A stretch of DNA of 63,134 nucleotides, counting the filler, from Reticulomyxa filosa (taxonomy: Eukaryota; Protista; Foraminifera), in NCBI GenBank assembly GCA_000512085.1. It is 19 parts of 19 records of this genome, joined end to end, with 100 filler letters (N's around TTAATTAATTAA, not from the genome) between each part and the next. Parts side by side here need not be neighbours in the genome. Positions count along the whole stretch, not along the records: positions 35,448 to 39,278 come from ASPP01001410.1; positions 39,379 to 40,490 come from ASPP01044341.1; positions 40,591 to 49,550 come from ASPP01002292.1; 16 more parts are not named here. One strand, given 5' to 3'. Below the pieces are notes generated by a model. The model made no database searches, was not told the origin of the DNA, and saw only the letters and a list, made by a program, of their open reading frames with translations. Position numbers and translations under genes: made by a program. The first letter of the stretch is position 1. Every line of letters begins with the position of its first letter. Shown here in pieces: positions 36,240-48,960 of the stretch.

Positions 36240-38780
36240 GAAGACAAAGGCCCTTGCTGGGCAGAAAACTGTCTAAACGAAACTGAAACAATACCCTTAC
36301 AATTGGTTTTAAATTAATACAATAAAATGTTACAACAATTATTATATTTTATTTTAAAATTTTTTGCAAGATATTACATCTTCTTTTTAATTCAGTTATT
36401 GTTAGTTTTCCATACATATTAATGGACTTTCGAAAACTCTTTGTGTTTCTGCATATCCAAGAGTAAGTGTTGTAATGGATTTTCCCAATCTTCGTCACAC
36501 CATTTGCAACATTCGATTATTAATCTTCTCACTTGTGCTGAATTCTGTTTCCAACAGATATTAATATTATTTATTATTACCTTAAATATATCCGTTCTGT
36601 TCATCTATGTTGAGCAGTTTTTCGTATATTCTAGGATATAGTTCGTGTGGTTCTTGGAGTGCCGAGATAATATACATACATATTTTCATGCGCTCATTAT
36701 TCCGCATAACCTCTTTGTCCTTTTGGAAGTGATAATCATATATTTGAGTTTTTAGGACGCTTTTCCAAATAAAAAGACTTGTTGGGAATTCGTCCATGTT
36801 CCAATATTGTTGAATATTATATTTGTTTAGTGTTGACCGTACCTCGACTATATACATGCACATTTGTTAGTGGTCCTCTTCACTACAATTAGCATTATCT
36901 ATTTCGTACAGGTTTATTCGCGTTCATTACTTACTAGTTTTCACACTATTAGATCTTGTTTGCACTTGATGAATGTATATTACCACTAAGCAACAGGAAG
37001 TCGTACCTTGCTTCAATATGATTTATTCCAAGTAGGAGACTGATTGATGATCTTTTGGCACTTAAGTGGATATGTACCACCTTTACAAGTGCACGATAAT
37101 GCAAAATTTCTAATTTATTCATCAATGTTTGTTTAGCTTATGTATTCGCACGCAATGTTTTATCATCAGACGTAGCATTTGCGTATAATAATGCCATTGT
37201 AAGTCGATTGGTAGCGTACCACCAAGTATGATAAGTGCAACACTTATTTGTATGATGGTATTTACTTTATCATATATCGCAAGTATATGCTCTTTCCAGC
37301 AATATTTTTTTAGGTCGATTATTACTACAATATATTTTAATTTATTGACAATGTTTTTTATCTAGACATTCTCAATATTCGTTTGCTTACTTTTATTTAT
37401 TACAGACAATATACACTTGGAGTCATTTAGCTTTATCATCAATTATTGGCAATAATTGAATAATTGTCGAATATCATTCTTATTGTAGCCAACTAGTAAG
37501 ATATCATCTGTGAATAACATGCATGACATTGGTATTCCGTATACTATCATTAGAGTGATTTGGTGAATGATATCATTGATATACATATTGAAGAAGGTGG
37601 CACTAGTCGAAAATCATTGAGCTATTCCTATTTGAATTGCAATATTGTCTCCACATAGTATATTACACTATACAGTCATCTTACTATATTCGAATATGCT
37701 TGATTAGACGAAAGGTCAGTCCTTGAATTCCACATAAGTATATTTTAGTTAACAGCACTGGGATCCAGACATTATCAAATGCTTTTTATAAGATTTGTAC
37801 ATATAAACGTTTCGTTCTTGCTTATATTTTTTGATGTGCTAATAGAATAAATAATCATATGATTTGGTCATTAACACCACAACGATCACGAAAACTCATT
37901 GTTCAGGATGAAGTTGCCTCTCAATCATCAGACTGCATTGTGCAAGTATTAACTTATATATTATAGGGACTAATGACAATTTAATTCTTATTCCACTCAT
38001 CGACTTGCAGTCATATTGTATTTTTGTCTTTGGCAGAGATGTCATCTTGATATCAACATTTTTGATAGTAGTTGTTGATGTTTTATCGATATGATATTAA
38101 TAAACATTGTCAGTATGCGTAAATTCTATTTTAAAGATATTTCCATAGTTCATTATGGATGCAATCCAAAAACACTGCTTTGTTATTCTTCATTAATGTC
38201 ACTGTGTTGTTTACTTCGTCTTCTCCAAATTATGCATTCCACATTGGGTCGTCGTCATGTTTTGCTTGTTCGTGATATTGTGCAAATTTGGATATGATAA
38301 ATGCTTCTTGCTGTTCTGGTATGTCTTTGTGCTTTTGGAACAGTGTTTGATATTGTTTTGTCAAGATTCTGCATTTTCCATTGTCAGTGTGAATTGGCAC
38401 TACATTCCCGTCGTGAAGCTGATGACATGGTTTCTATTCGAGTTTTGATAGTAGTTCGTAGAGTTGCTTGTCATTGTTGTTTCGAAACACATACTTCACT
38501 TTGTTGATAGCGATATACACTTGTTGTTGTATGTATTCTTTTTTCAGTTCATTGTATTTTTATATTAATGTATTGAATTGCTGCTGGGAATATGTTTAAT
38601 ATCTTTTAAACATGTATTGATTTCTTGTAATATATCGTTTATATTTGTAGGTAAGCTACACTATTTGTTTATAGGATGTTGAAACATTTAGATCATTTCA
38701 TAATTGAAATGTAACGTTATACATTAAGTAAATGCCATTTTTAGAAGGTGTTTTCTTTCAAATTAACAAGTCTTAATTTG
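36240..38780 (-). mobile_element. Degenerate non-LTR retrotransposon (LINE) ORF2: RT plus CCHC
   Basis: In order on the minus strand: KAFDNVW..LLTKI (~37775), GIAQ*FSTSATFFNMYINDI (~37600), MLFTDDILL (~37510), CKWCDEDWENPLQHLLLD (~36480); many stops. The 5' boundary is approximate. Confidence 0.88.
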
Positions 38781-38863
38781 CCAAAGTTTTTAAGAGGGAC
38801 AACTTGAATAAAAATTCTAGCATCAATGCAGTTCATTTGTAAATAACGACATAGAATTGACGA

Positions 38864-39278
38864 ATGAAAAGCGTGAAATTAGTAACGATAGGTGATGGAG
38901 CAGCGGGTAAAACCTGTTTTCTGATTACTTACACAACAAGAAACTTTCCAGCGGAATATATTCCCACTGTGTTTGACAACTACTCTGCAAACATAATATG
39001 GCAAAACATACCGATTCAACTTGGACTGTGGGACGCCGGGGTAAATTCAATATATATACGTATATATTTTTCAGCATATGTTGCAACACAATCCATAATG
39101 TGCACGTGTATACAATTGTGCGACCTGCAGCAGGGAAAAGAAGGTAACGTTGACAACGCATATATGCATCCGAACTCCCTTTTGATTACCCCGAACAATG
39201 AGTTTTTTTGTTTGTTTGTTTTAAAGTTGATCTAATCGAATGGTAATAAAAAAACAAAAGACTATGACCGTTTGCGAC
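38864..39278 (+). CDS. Rac/Rho-family small GTPase, 5' part; exons 38864-39040, 39134(or 39131)-39143 and 39261 onward
   Basis: GDGAAGKT, EYIPTVFDNY, LWDAG|GKE|DYDRLR with GT-AG introns. Confidence 0.92.
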
Positions 39279-39424
39279 NNNNNNNNNNNNNNNNNNNNNN
39301 NNNNNNNNNNNNNNNNNNNNNNTTAATTAATTAANNNNNNNNNNNNNNNNNNNNNNNNNNNNNNNNNNNNNNNNNNNNTTTTTTTTTAAAGAATAGAAAA
39401 AGTAAAATAATTGTTTCTAAGATA

Positions 39425-39712
39425 AAAATTTCTCTGACAATGCTTTGCCGTATATCGCGTGGAGAGGAAAAAAATTTGACTTATTGTGTTATTTCCTACT
39501 GTGAAAAGAAATTTTTGAGGTTTTATTCTCTTCAAAAGCACTTTAAAGGTGGCTTTTTGTACATGAGCAGGCTTGAAAGAACTTTTTTTGAGACTAAGTT
39601 TACGTGCAAAAAAAACTAGAGCCCCTTTTTTAATAACTTTTTTTTGTGCTAGTGTTGAATTGGGTTCACGAAGGGGTTGACCGATCGTATCAGTATGGAC
39701 AACGGCATTTTT
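39425..39712 (+). ncRNA. Candidate structured RNA, unassigned (5' part loosely U5-like)
   Basis: Long G-U-rich hairpin 39554-39612, stem 39620-39628/39670-39678, possible closing helix TGCCGT/ACGGCA, Sm-like AATTTTTGAGG. Confidence 0.35.
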
Positions 39713-40590
39713 ACCTAACAAAAAGTAATAAGCAATCATGGTTACACGCAAAAACAAAACTGACAATTAAGAGTTACGTTTCCACTTTGTAAGTTTATCT
39801 CCAATACTATACCTCAAAACGCACTACTGACAGGTTCCAAAATTGTTTGTTGCTTATTATCTGTAGTTTGATTTCCCCGTTGTTGTTTTTTTTCTTTGTT
39901 TTGTAGTTGTTTTGCTAGCTTTCTGTCACAAGTTCGAAAACACACTTTTCAGTAAGGGTAGACTTTCCTTCAAATTAGCACCTCTATCTCTCTCCTCGAT
40001 ATATGTTGATTTGGAGCAAGTAAAGTTCTAATTTTATCTGCTTTGAGGCTGGAATCTGAGTATCTGGAGCATCTGCATCTGCTCCTCCTTTCTTGGCAGT
40101 GGCCATACTTGTACTGGTTTAGTGAAAACTCTCCACGTGATATATCCTAATTGACAACAAAATAAACTCAATTGGAACATGAAAGCGTCGTGGGGCAGTA
40201 TTATTGTTTCTGTGATGTTATTTTCATCAATAGAATATGCAAATGAATAAGATAGTCATTATTTTATGTTTCAAACATTTTTAGTCTTGAGTTGGCCACT
40301 CAAAAATAAAATAATAAAAATGCTTTTTTGTGGGAAATTGAATTGAAACAATAAGATAACCTTTGTTTGATTTGACTATCAGAACAACTCTGCAATATAT
40401 ATTGAACTCCTGTTGGCTCAATGCACAAAAATAAATAAAGAATTGAAATTGATAATTTTTTTATTGAGAGAATTAACAATACGGTATCAGNNNNNNNNNN
40501 NNNNNNNNNNNNNNNNNNNNNNNNNNNNNNNNNNTTAATTAATTAANNNNNNNNNNNNNNNNNNNNNNNNNNNNNNNNNNNNNNNNNNNN

Positions 40591-42200
40591 CAAGATTGAT
40601 ATCAATGGAATAATTCCACAATTTGTAAATTCTCATAGCCTATCGAATCACTCTGTCATAGACCATCGATGTTAATAATATAACCTAGGTATTGTTATCT
40701 TCGCTATCGATTCTAGAATATCATCGGGAGACTGTTTTATATGCGTTCGTGACATTAGTGTAAGGTCTTGAGAATATAATATGGCAATATCTAAAGGGGA
40801 GTATCCATGACACATTACAACTAAATATCCCTTTGGCCCGTCTCATGGAAGAATGAAAATATAAAATGCATCGTTGATTAGTTTGAGATGTTTGTGTATC
40901 TTGCAAAATATTAGTGGCACTTACATGACCGACAAAATATCCCACACTGAGTTCATTAATATTTTCAAATTTCACTCCTTTTAGCTCACAATACAAGCCC
41001 ATGCTGCTTTCTTCTCGTCTTTCGTGTTTGGATAATATCGTAATAACACTTTGCAAATAGCTGCCCACATGTTATGCTTTAAATCCATTTGGTCATAGCT
41101 GAATTCGGCACTACAGGATTTTCCACAATATAACAATATCGCACAAATATGATGCAATTCAAGTGAATATCCCATGCATCTGTGGACATCACTGCGATAC
41201 ACTTGTTTCACGCGACTTAGAATTGTTAATATTTTATCACTTTCATTGTACTAAATTTGCTGCTTAATATTTTCATGAATTGCTTTTTTTTCTTCTTGAA
41301 GATTTGTTATGTTTTGATCACACAAATAGCCATTGCTTATTACTTCATGCAACAGATGTTTCAAATTATTTTTGATTGACCGTTGGGTAGCATACAAATT
41401 ATCTGGAATAAAATAAAGTTTGGCGGTATCACGTTTGTACAAGAATGGATGGAATCCGGGCTTTTCAATTGCTGGAATATCTATATTTTCATTGAAAATA
41501 ATCTTTAGCATACTATATCCTTCAGTCCCAATGGTACGTTCATACGGGACTATACATTTGTACGCTAATTTCAAATGCACTTGAATAGACGGGTAATGAG
41601 GAATATGTTTGCATTCATTATGTAATAAGCCTTTCCTGTCAGCAGCAAAGACAGTTGATAATCCACTTTTGGAAAAATTACAACTGGTCAATTTGCCTGT
41701 TTCATTACCCAAATACTCGATTATTTCTAATTTGTCTTTCAAATACTCCTTTGCATTCTCAAAAGTTGCAACATAAGGATTCAATGGAAATTTATATATG
41801 AAATCATCCTTCCATGTGACATTGCATGAATTAAACTCCTGTTTATATTAAAATGTAAAATAAAATTTTGTCGTTGTTGTTGTAAACGGATGCAACATAA
41901 TAAATGATCTTATCCAACTGCACAGAAATTTGACAAATACTTCATCTCAAAAGAATCATTTGTACGGAAATGCCAAGAATTGTTGAGAATGAGACATGTC
42001 CACTTAATGCAATTCGCTTCAATATCATCAAAGTCATTATACCATTGAATATGAGCGTGCACTTCCAATGACGACTTCTTTGGATTTCCAACTTGTAATG
42101 TCATGGGTCCATTCGACAATTTTTGGGATTCTCAATCCGATGAAGAAGGGTACCATTTTTCATTACTAGACGTATTCGCTGTTGTTCTTCCTTTCTTTTT
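40591..42200 (-). pseudogene. ADP-ribosyltransferase(ART)-like domain family pseudogene
   Basis: LELHHICAILLYCGKSC..FSYDQ, LYCELKGV, FVGHVSAT, CILYFHSSMRR, CNVSWILPF follow the ART layout, with the STS and ExE-type motifs degenerate; frameshifts. Confidence 0.65.
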
Positions 42201-44850
42201 CACGATTACTCATATTAGCATACTCACGAATCAAAATCCAAAGTTGTGAATTGTACTCACGCACACACACACACACGACCAGTTTCTGCACAAATGCTCA
42301 GTCTCTGCGTTCACAGAATTAGCACTGTTTCTATAACAATCGAGTGTTTATTATTCGTCGGCGCCAGTAGATTGCTTGAAATTGCCGCACTTTTTCCAGC
42401 ATTTTCCATTGAGACGCGAGATATGGGAAGGTAATCCACGCACGTGAGTGGCGACTTTGCGCGTTTCCAGGGATAAAGAGCAAATCCAACACAATCTTTT
42501 CTTCTCTTCATCATCAATTTCAATCTTTTTGATTATCGGTATCTTGATGCGAGTATTGCACACAAACTCTTTCACCGAATTAAGTCAATCTCATACGGAA
42601 CCATAGTGCTTTTCTCGATCTCTATGTGAATTGTTTTTTTTTTTTAACGTCGTTCTTTGCTCTTTTCAAATCGCCTTCTACCTTTTTTGTAAGTCCAGTC
42701 ACTTTCACTGTTGCGACACTGTCATGTTGATATAGTTTTTCACTATTTGCAATATCGCCGTCTTATTTTCCTTTCTTCTTGGCGAACTTGCTTTCGTATT
42801 CAGGCGGCACCAAGATCGAGATTGTTTGGAATTGGTCTGGAATAATCTTGCCCCACTGTTCCATTGCCACCATATAGTAGACGTCTTCCAACTACGAAAT
42901 GCACCCAATCTCTTCGCCCTTGTGATGAGAGATGCACGCTTTGGCATTGGAATAATATGCTCGTTATTAAAAAACGTTCGCATTATCGACGTGCGCTCAT
43001 TCGACAATGTTTGGATTAGAGATCCAATGAGATATAGAGTAATATTTTTCCCTTTCTTTTTCATTGTTGGATGTATTCCTTGTTGCTATTCTTCATGCAT
43101 TTCTTGCGTGCCATGATTGAACATGACTTTTTGAGTAAGTCAAAGATCACTACTTCTTCACAACTCAAAACTGCCGATTCGCATCCAATTCAAATGAATA
43201 CAAATTGGTGACTTCATTGCCCTCCAAGTGCTGGGACAATGCAACGAATACAAAGTATTGCGTCGCATTCAGTACGTCTCCTGTAGTCCACAGTCGATCA
43301 TTGGATACAATGTAATAACGATCATCGGCGCTTGTTCGAAGTCAGGAAATGTAGCCAGTTCTATCTTTCTTCACCGATCGTCAATATCTAACATCCAATG
43401 CTGCGAATATGCGTACGCACACAACGAGTTTTGATTGTTGTTTTGTGCTCACAATATTTCCATAACGACTAGTTTCCCTGTCTTCTTTGGTGATGTGCTG
43501 CGCCAAGAGCTATCCGCATAGACTTGTGTGCACCTACGTTGATGGCAAACAAGTTCTTTCCAATATCTCGCGTTGACATTGCTAAATATTGTCGCATTTG
43601 TTCAGACTTTTCCATTAGTGCGCGATACGAGAAGGTAATCCACGTCCGTAAGTGGCGAATTTGCGCGTTTCCAGTCGTTAATCGAGATTTCATCACCAAA
43701 CTCAACAAAGCCTACCGACGTGTTTTTTTCTTTTAAAAACAAGTCCAACGCGATATGCTTGGAATACAATTTCTTTTCATCCAAATCATCTTTCTATTCT
43801 TGGCTGGCAGTGTCTTCGCAAAACTTCTCAATCAACTTGAACCACTCTCACATCGAACGATTCTCCCGACGTAGTGGTTTGCTTGATCCCAATGTGGATC
43901 CTTTTCTAACAACTTTCTCGTCCATTTCTTCGATCGCCTTCCACTTCCTCGTACATCCAATCGCTGCCGCCTCTGAGACACCATAATGTCGATATCTTTT
44001 TTTCACTTTGCGCGATATAACTGTCTTTTTTTTTCTTTTTGACGAGCTTGCTTCACATCCTAATGATACTAAGGTCCATGTTGTTCGCAATTGATCTAAT
44101 TATACCATTTTTTTTTTCATTGCTGGACGTATTCGCTGTTCTTATTTCTTCTTTTCTTGCGTGTCATTGTCCAACGGATTTTTGGGTACTCCAAAGGTTC
44201 CTACGCGCTTCAAAATTCAAAATTAATGTTGAATCGAACCCAGCGCAAACGACTACAAAGCGGCAACCCGAGTTTTTTCAAGTGCTAGGAAAATGAAACG
44301 AATGCAAAGTATTAAGTCAAACTCAACAAGTCTCCTGTCAGTATACAGTCGATCCGGACGATTTAACAAAGATATCGGTGCTTGTTCAATAAATGCAAGG
44401 CACGCGACTTTTGCAGCGATAGTGTCGAAAAATACAACAAATCTTTCTGTCTCTCGCTCTATTTTCACAAATGCTAAATGCCACTCGCGAGTTTACAATT
44501 TCCCCAATCAGCACACTCATGAACCAAAATCCAAAATTGCGCACACGCGCACGTACACTATCAGCTTCGATACTAGCGACCAGTCTTCTCTCGTATATTG
44601 TTACGAATCCATAATATCGGCACCAATTGCCACAACGATGTGTTTCACTCGTTTGCAGTCTCTCTTTAGTGCTTTGCCACGCCAATAATCTGTATATACT
44701 TGCTCGTCATTAAGTAGGCGCACACAAGTCTTTACAATACTTCTGATGCCACTGCCACACATGAACACACTTTCTCATCATCATCCATTGGGGTGCGCTA
44801 TGTAAGTTAGTCAATGTATATGAACGCGCAAAGTCGCCGCTCGTGAAGAT
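42160..44850 (-). repeat. Diverged tandem/mosaic duplication of degenerate coding-like sequence
   Basis: Paired blocks 42430/43635, 43245/44298, 42165/44122 and 42225/44514. Confidence 0.65.
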
Positions 44851-44869
44851 CTATTCCATCCAAACGCAG

Positions 44870-45800
44870 CAAAACCTTTTTTAAAAAAATAAATCAAACG
44901 TGGCGGGCTCGAAACTATCTGCTGTTGTTATTGTTGTTGTTATTGTTGTTGTTCTTCTCCTTCATTCTTTTCTTCTTCTTCTTTTTTCTTTTTTCTTATT
45001 ATTTTTTATTTTCTTATATTTTTCCATTTCCATTTTTTTTTCATCTTTTGTTCATCTTTTTTTTTTTTATCTTTTCTCTTTTTATTCTTTTTTAAAATTT
45101 TTTTCCAATTGTCAACTTTTTATTATTTTTTTCATTTTCCAATTTTTTTTTCATTTTCTAATCTTTTTTAATTTTTTTATTTCTCATTCTTTTTTTATTT
45201 TTTCTTTTTCCAATACAATTTTTTCATTTTATTTTTTTTCATTCCATTTTTTCCCCTACCTCCCTTTTTTTCCATCCTTTTTTTCCCTCCTATCCATCAA
45301 ATAAAAATAAAAAATAAAATTTCCCATTTGTTTTGCTTTCGATTCCTATTTGCAAAATCACAAATCAAAATTTTTTCATTTTTTAAAAAAAACAAATATA
45401 ACTTTGACTTGGAGCCCAAAGATCTAATTCCAATATCCTATAATATTTTTTTTTGCACGAGGGGAGGAGGACAAACAATTTTTTTTTGATGGGAGCATGC
45501 CTATTCACAAACACACGTATACTCTTTATTGGAAAAAAATAAAAAAATAAAAAATAAACCTTTTCATTTTTTATTAAATATGGAGATGGCTTCAACCCGA
45601 AATTTTTCTTTGGATGGGGAACGTATAATTTATTTTGTTTTTTTTTGGACAGAGGGCTGAAGCTGTAATGGAAAAAGCACATTAAATTGATTATACTAAA
45701 AAAAAACTAAAAAAAATAGATATAACAAACCATATTTTCTCCTTGCGGAGACGGGGGGCCTTGCCCATTTCTTTTTTCTTTTGTTGAAGGATGCACAGCA
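44870..45800 (-). repeat. STPSP micro-exon/A-rich-tail repeat element, copy D
   Basis: CCCCCCGTCTCCGCAAGGAG, GLKPSP module, CCTAT.CACAAACAC junction, long T/C tract. Confidence 0.8.
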
Positions 45801-47099
45801 TCCGAAAAAAAAAGCCGTTGTTTTTTTTAAAGTGGACGGCTGTTAAACGACAAACCACTTTTCTTTTTTAATTTGAAATTATTTTTTAAAAAACAAAACA
45901 AAAAAGACATACAAGTGAAAGAGGGTGCAATCACCCTAATTACGAGTTGGTACGACGACAGAGACACGACCAAAAAAAAAAAAGAACTTTTTTCTTAATT
46001 AAGACATAATGCACAGCTAATAAATGTTAACAAAAAAGATGTAAATTTGTAATTTTTTGGAATATTTTCACATTTTTGATAGAACTACTTTAAAAAAAGA
46101 ATTGTTAAAATTTTGTATAGTATTTCTACAATTGTAATTCCAAAAAACGAATTAATTATAAATAATTGAAAATTAAAATTGTTTTTTTGGAATGATTAAT
46201 TATTTTTCCTTGAATAATGATTTTTCTACTGAAGAGAAAAAGTTTTCCCTTTTTAGAAAAAACTCTCTTGGATATTACAACTGTGGTTTTGGCTCTTCAA
46301 ACAACCTAACAAAGCAAACAACATGGAATTCGCTCTTGAGAATTCCTTCACCAATACTTTCCTCTGTAAAGTGCAACAGCTGCCGAAAAAGAAAGAGAAC
46401 AGTCTGTGTAAACCCAATACACCAAAAGCAACGCTATTCAAAAAAAGATGCTATTATACGGTTCAAACAAATACGCTTGCCTATTGTGGTCTCTCCTGAC
46501 ATTGGCAACATTCAGATTGACGTTGTACATCTATCTTCACAGTCAAGAGAGGACATTCATTTTTTTGCTGTTTCATTCAATCTTTTTAGCAGGGTCATGT
46601 TTTTATGTATTTTTTATCGCATTATTGTGACCAATCTTATTTCAAATCTAATATTTTAATATCCGGAATACTCGCTATCCTATTGAAAAAAATTCTAAAA
46701 AACAAGGCATAATAAAGTTAGCAATGATTCAATTTGAAAAATTCCTCTTTGTTGGAATTATCATCAATGGGAAAAAGATCCGACACCGAATATGAGAAAG
46801 CAGAGGAAAAACCACAGGTAGTTGTACAACACAATCAGTCCGATGATATTTAGCGTGTAAATCTTCAGCAGCACCAAAAAAAAAAGCGACACAACAAAAT
46901 ATTTAAATAAAATTATAATTTTTGAACATTCCAGGGGTGGGGATCTGATTAACAAATATAAATTTATTTTTTTTTGCGTAGAGGATGAAAAAGTAGTCGC
47001 TAAGGAGGAAACAACGTATAAAAAAATCTCTGATTTCTTATCAAAAAGACGCAATTAAAAAAAAAAGGACTCTCCAACAGTTGAGAGAAGTAAACTTGA

Positions 47100-48960
47100 C
47101 GAATGTCGACAAAAGTTTGCAATTGTTTTTAAAGTCAAGATCTCCAAAGCAGACTTAACGAAAAAAGGGATCCTCAAAAAGAAAAACATGACACCACAAT
47201 TGCGATCAGTGGCGGAAACGCTGCAGCGACTGCTGAATGTGCGTCAAGACCGCAGCATACTCCAAGAGAGAAGTATCTTGAAACTAACAGAGAGTCGATG
47301 ACAATGATAACTGGTTCTGAGAATGTTGCGCAGCTGAACGAACAGAATGAAAACGACATTGTGACAAAGATACATCACGAACAGGCCCCTTCACATATCT
47401 TTTCAAATGAATTTGTAAGCAAAACTGCATTGAACCAAATCGCAAGAGGTTATTCCACCATTCACAACTGTCGACTTGCTGACTTTGACCTGTTGACTTT
47501 TTGCATGTGTGATCAAATACATTGGGAAAGTCCATTTTGTGGAAGACGGCAGGTTTAGCATTGAATTAGACGCATTCAACATTACCATCAATGGCAACAA
47601 CTACTTTACCGCCAAAGAGGGCCATGGCTTGTTTGTTACAAGGGAGACAATTGTCAAACGATTGAAGAATGACAGCCACAATGAAGAAGTATTCTTTGAA
47701 GTGGGTGATTGTGTTTTTCTTAAGGACAAAACCACGAGTTAGTCTCAGCTTTTTTTCTTTTCATGTAAACATTTTGTCAGCTTTAGGCGTTCGAAATTTT
47801 GGTGATCCAAAAAAAAATATATCATATATTTATATATTCATTTAGGCATAGTGAGGTATATTGGACAAGCTAACATGTTAGATGTCCCAATTGTAGGATT
47901 GGAACTACTTGAATCTATTGCAAATGGTGGCGACGGAAGATTTGGAGAACAAAGGTACAAACACTGAAAAGTTTTTGTTTTGTTTTGAAAAGAATAGAAG
48001 AGGAATGTTAATGTAGGATGTATTGATAATCTATTTAATGGCTGAATGAAAAAAAGATACTTTGAATGCAAACCGGGACAAGGCTATTTTGCACGTATCG
48101 GCGATGTGGACTCAATAGTGAAAACGCGCGCAGAAGTACAGAACGAAGAAACAGCCCGAAGCAATCTCAGAAGACCTGGAAATGGAACCTCCTTCGAATT
48201 ATCAATCGACGGATAGATCGAGCGTGGTGATTACCGAAGACAAAAATGCGCAAGACGGCGAGTTTGAATTGAATCGTCAGTTTACCATCATCAGCAAAGA
48301 TGAAGAAAAATTGAAACAGAACTAGTTGTTGATGTGAGCAGCATTATCGTGTTGAAGAATGGATTTGAAGAGTTGATATTTTTTTTTTTTTTTGGAACAC
48401 ATTATTTTGTAAGAATTTTTCGAATTGAAACTGTTTTGGATTTTAGATTGTCAGATACTCTGGCATTCCTGACTTTGGCAAAGGTGAAAAATTTATCGTC
48501 GTGGAACTCAACGAACGGGACGAAAATGCGGGTGATGGGTCGAAAAATGGAAAGCGGTACTTTAGTTACAAAACCGAACGAGGACTATTTGTTAAACCCA
48601 AAGACATTACCAAGGTTTTGAAGGTCCCTTCCAACCTAAAGTATCTGGACCTGAATTATCTATTGAACGAAGAGCACGATCCACGAACAAGCAACAGGAT
48701 CAGCGTGGAAGAGCGGCTCAGAATTTTGGAAGAAAAAGAGAGATAATTGCAAAAGGAGGAATTGAGTAAAATGATTGAAAAATCATAAGTGAATGATCGT
48801 ATTGAAATAGCTGCAGGACGAACAGATTTATTCTAATAATCATTTATCATTTATCATTTATTATGCAAAGGCAAGTTTTCGACAAAACATGGCAACGGAC
48901 TATTTGTGACGACGAAAGACATTCACAAAGCGTTCCCACAATTGTCCGAACTGAACTTGT
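47100..48960 (+). pseudogene. Multi-CAP-Gly domain protein (frameshifted)
   Basis: IKYIGKVHF..NGNNYFTAKEGHGLFV; GIVRYIGQ..VGLEL..GGDGRFGEQRYFECKPGQGYF; GDGSKNGKRYF..GLFVK; HGNGLFV. Confidence 0.85.

Noticed and set aside
36236-36290. Hammerhead ribozyme (stem plus GAAA)
   Set aside because: No CUGANGA core. Kept only as a plain hairpin.
39950-39980. GAAGGAAAGTCTACC on the minus strand as RNase P CR-I
   Set aside because: No matching CR-V/P4 partner, and the context looks like a degenerate reading frame starting MATAKKGG.
40095-40140. GGCCATAC.. as a 5S rRNA start or ATACTT.. as U1
   Set aside because: Similarity stops after a few bases, with no internal boxes or structure.
44900-45304. Phe-rich ORFs (also 28328-28660) as membrane proteins
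   Set aside because: They are antisense read-outs of the A-rich tail of the repeat element.
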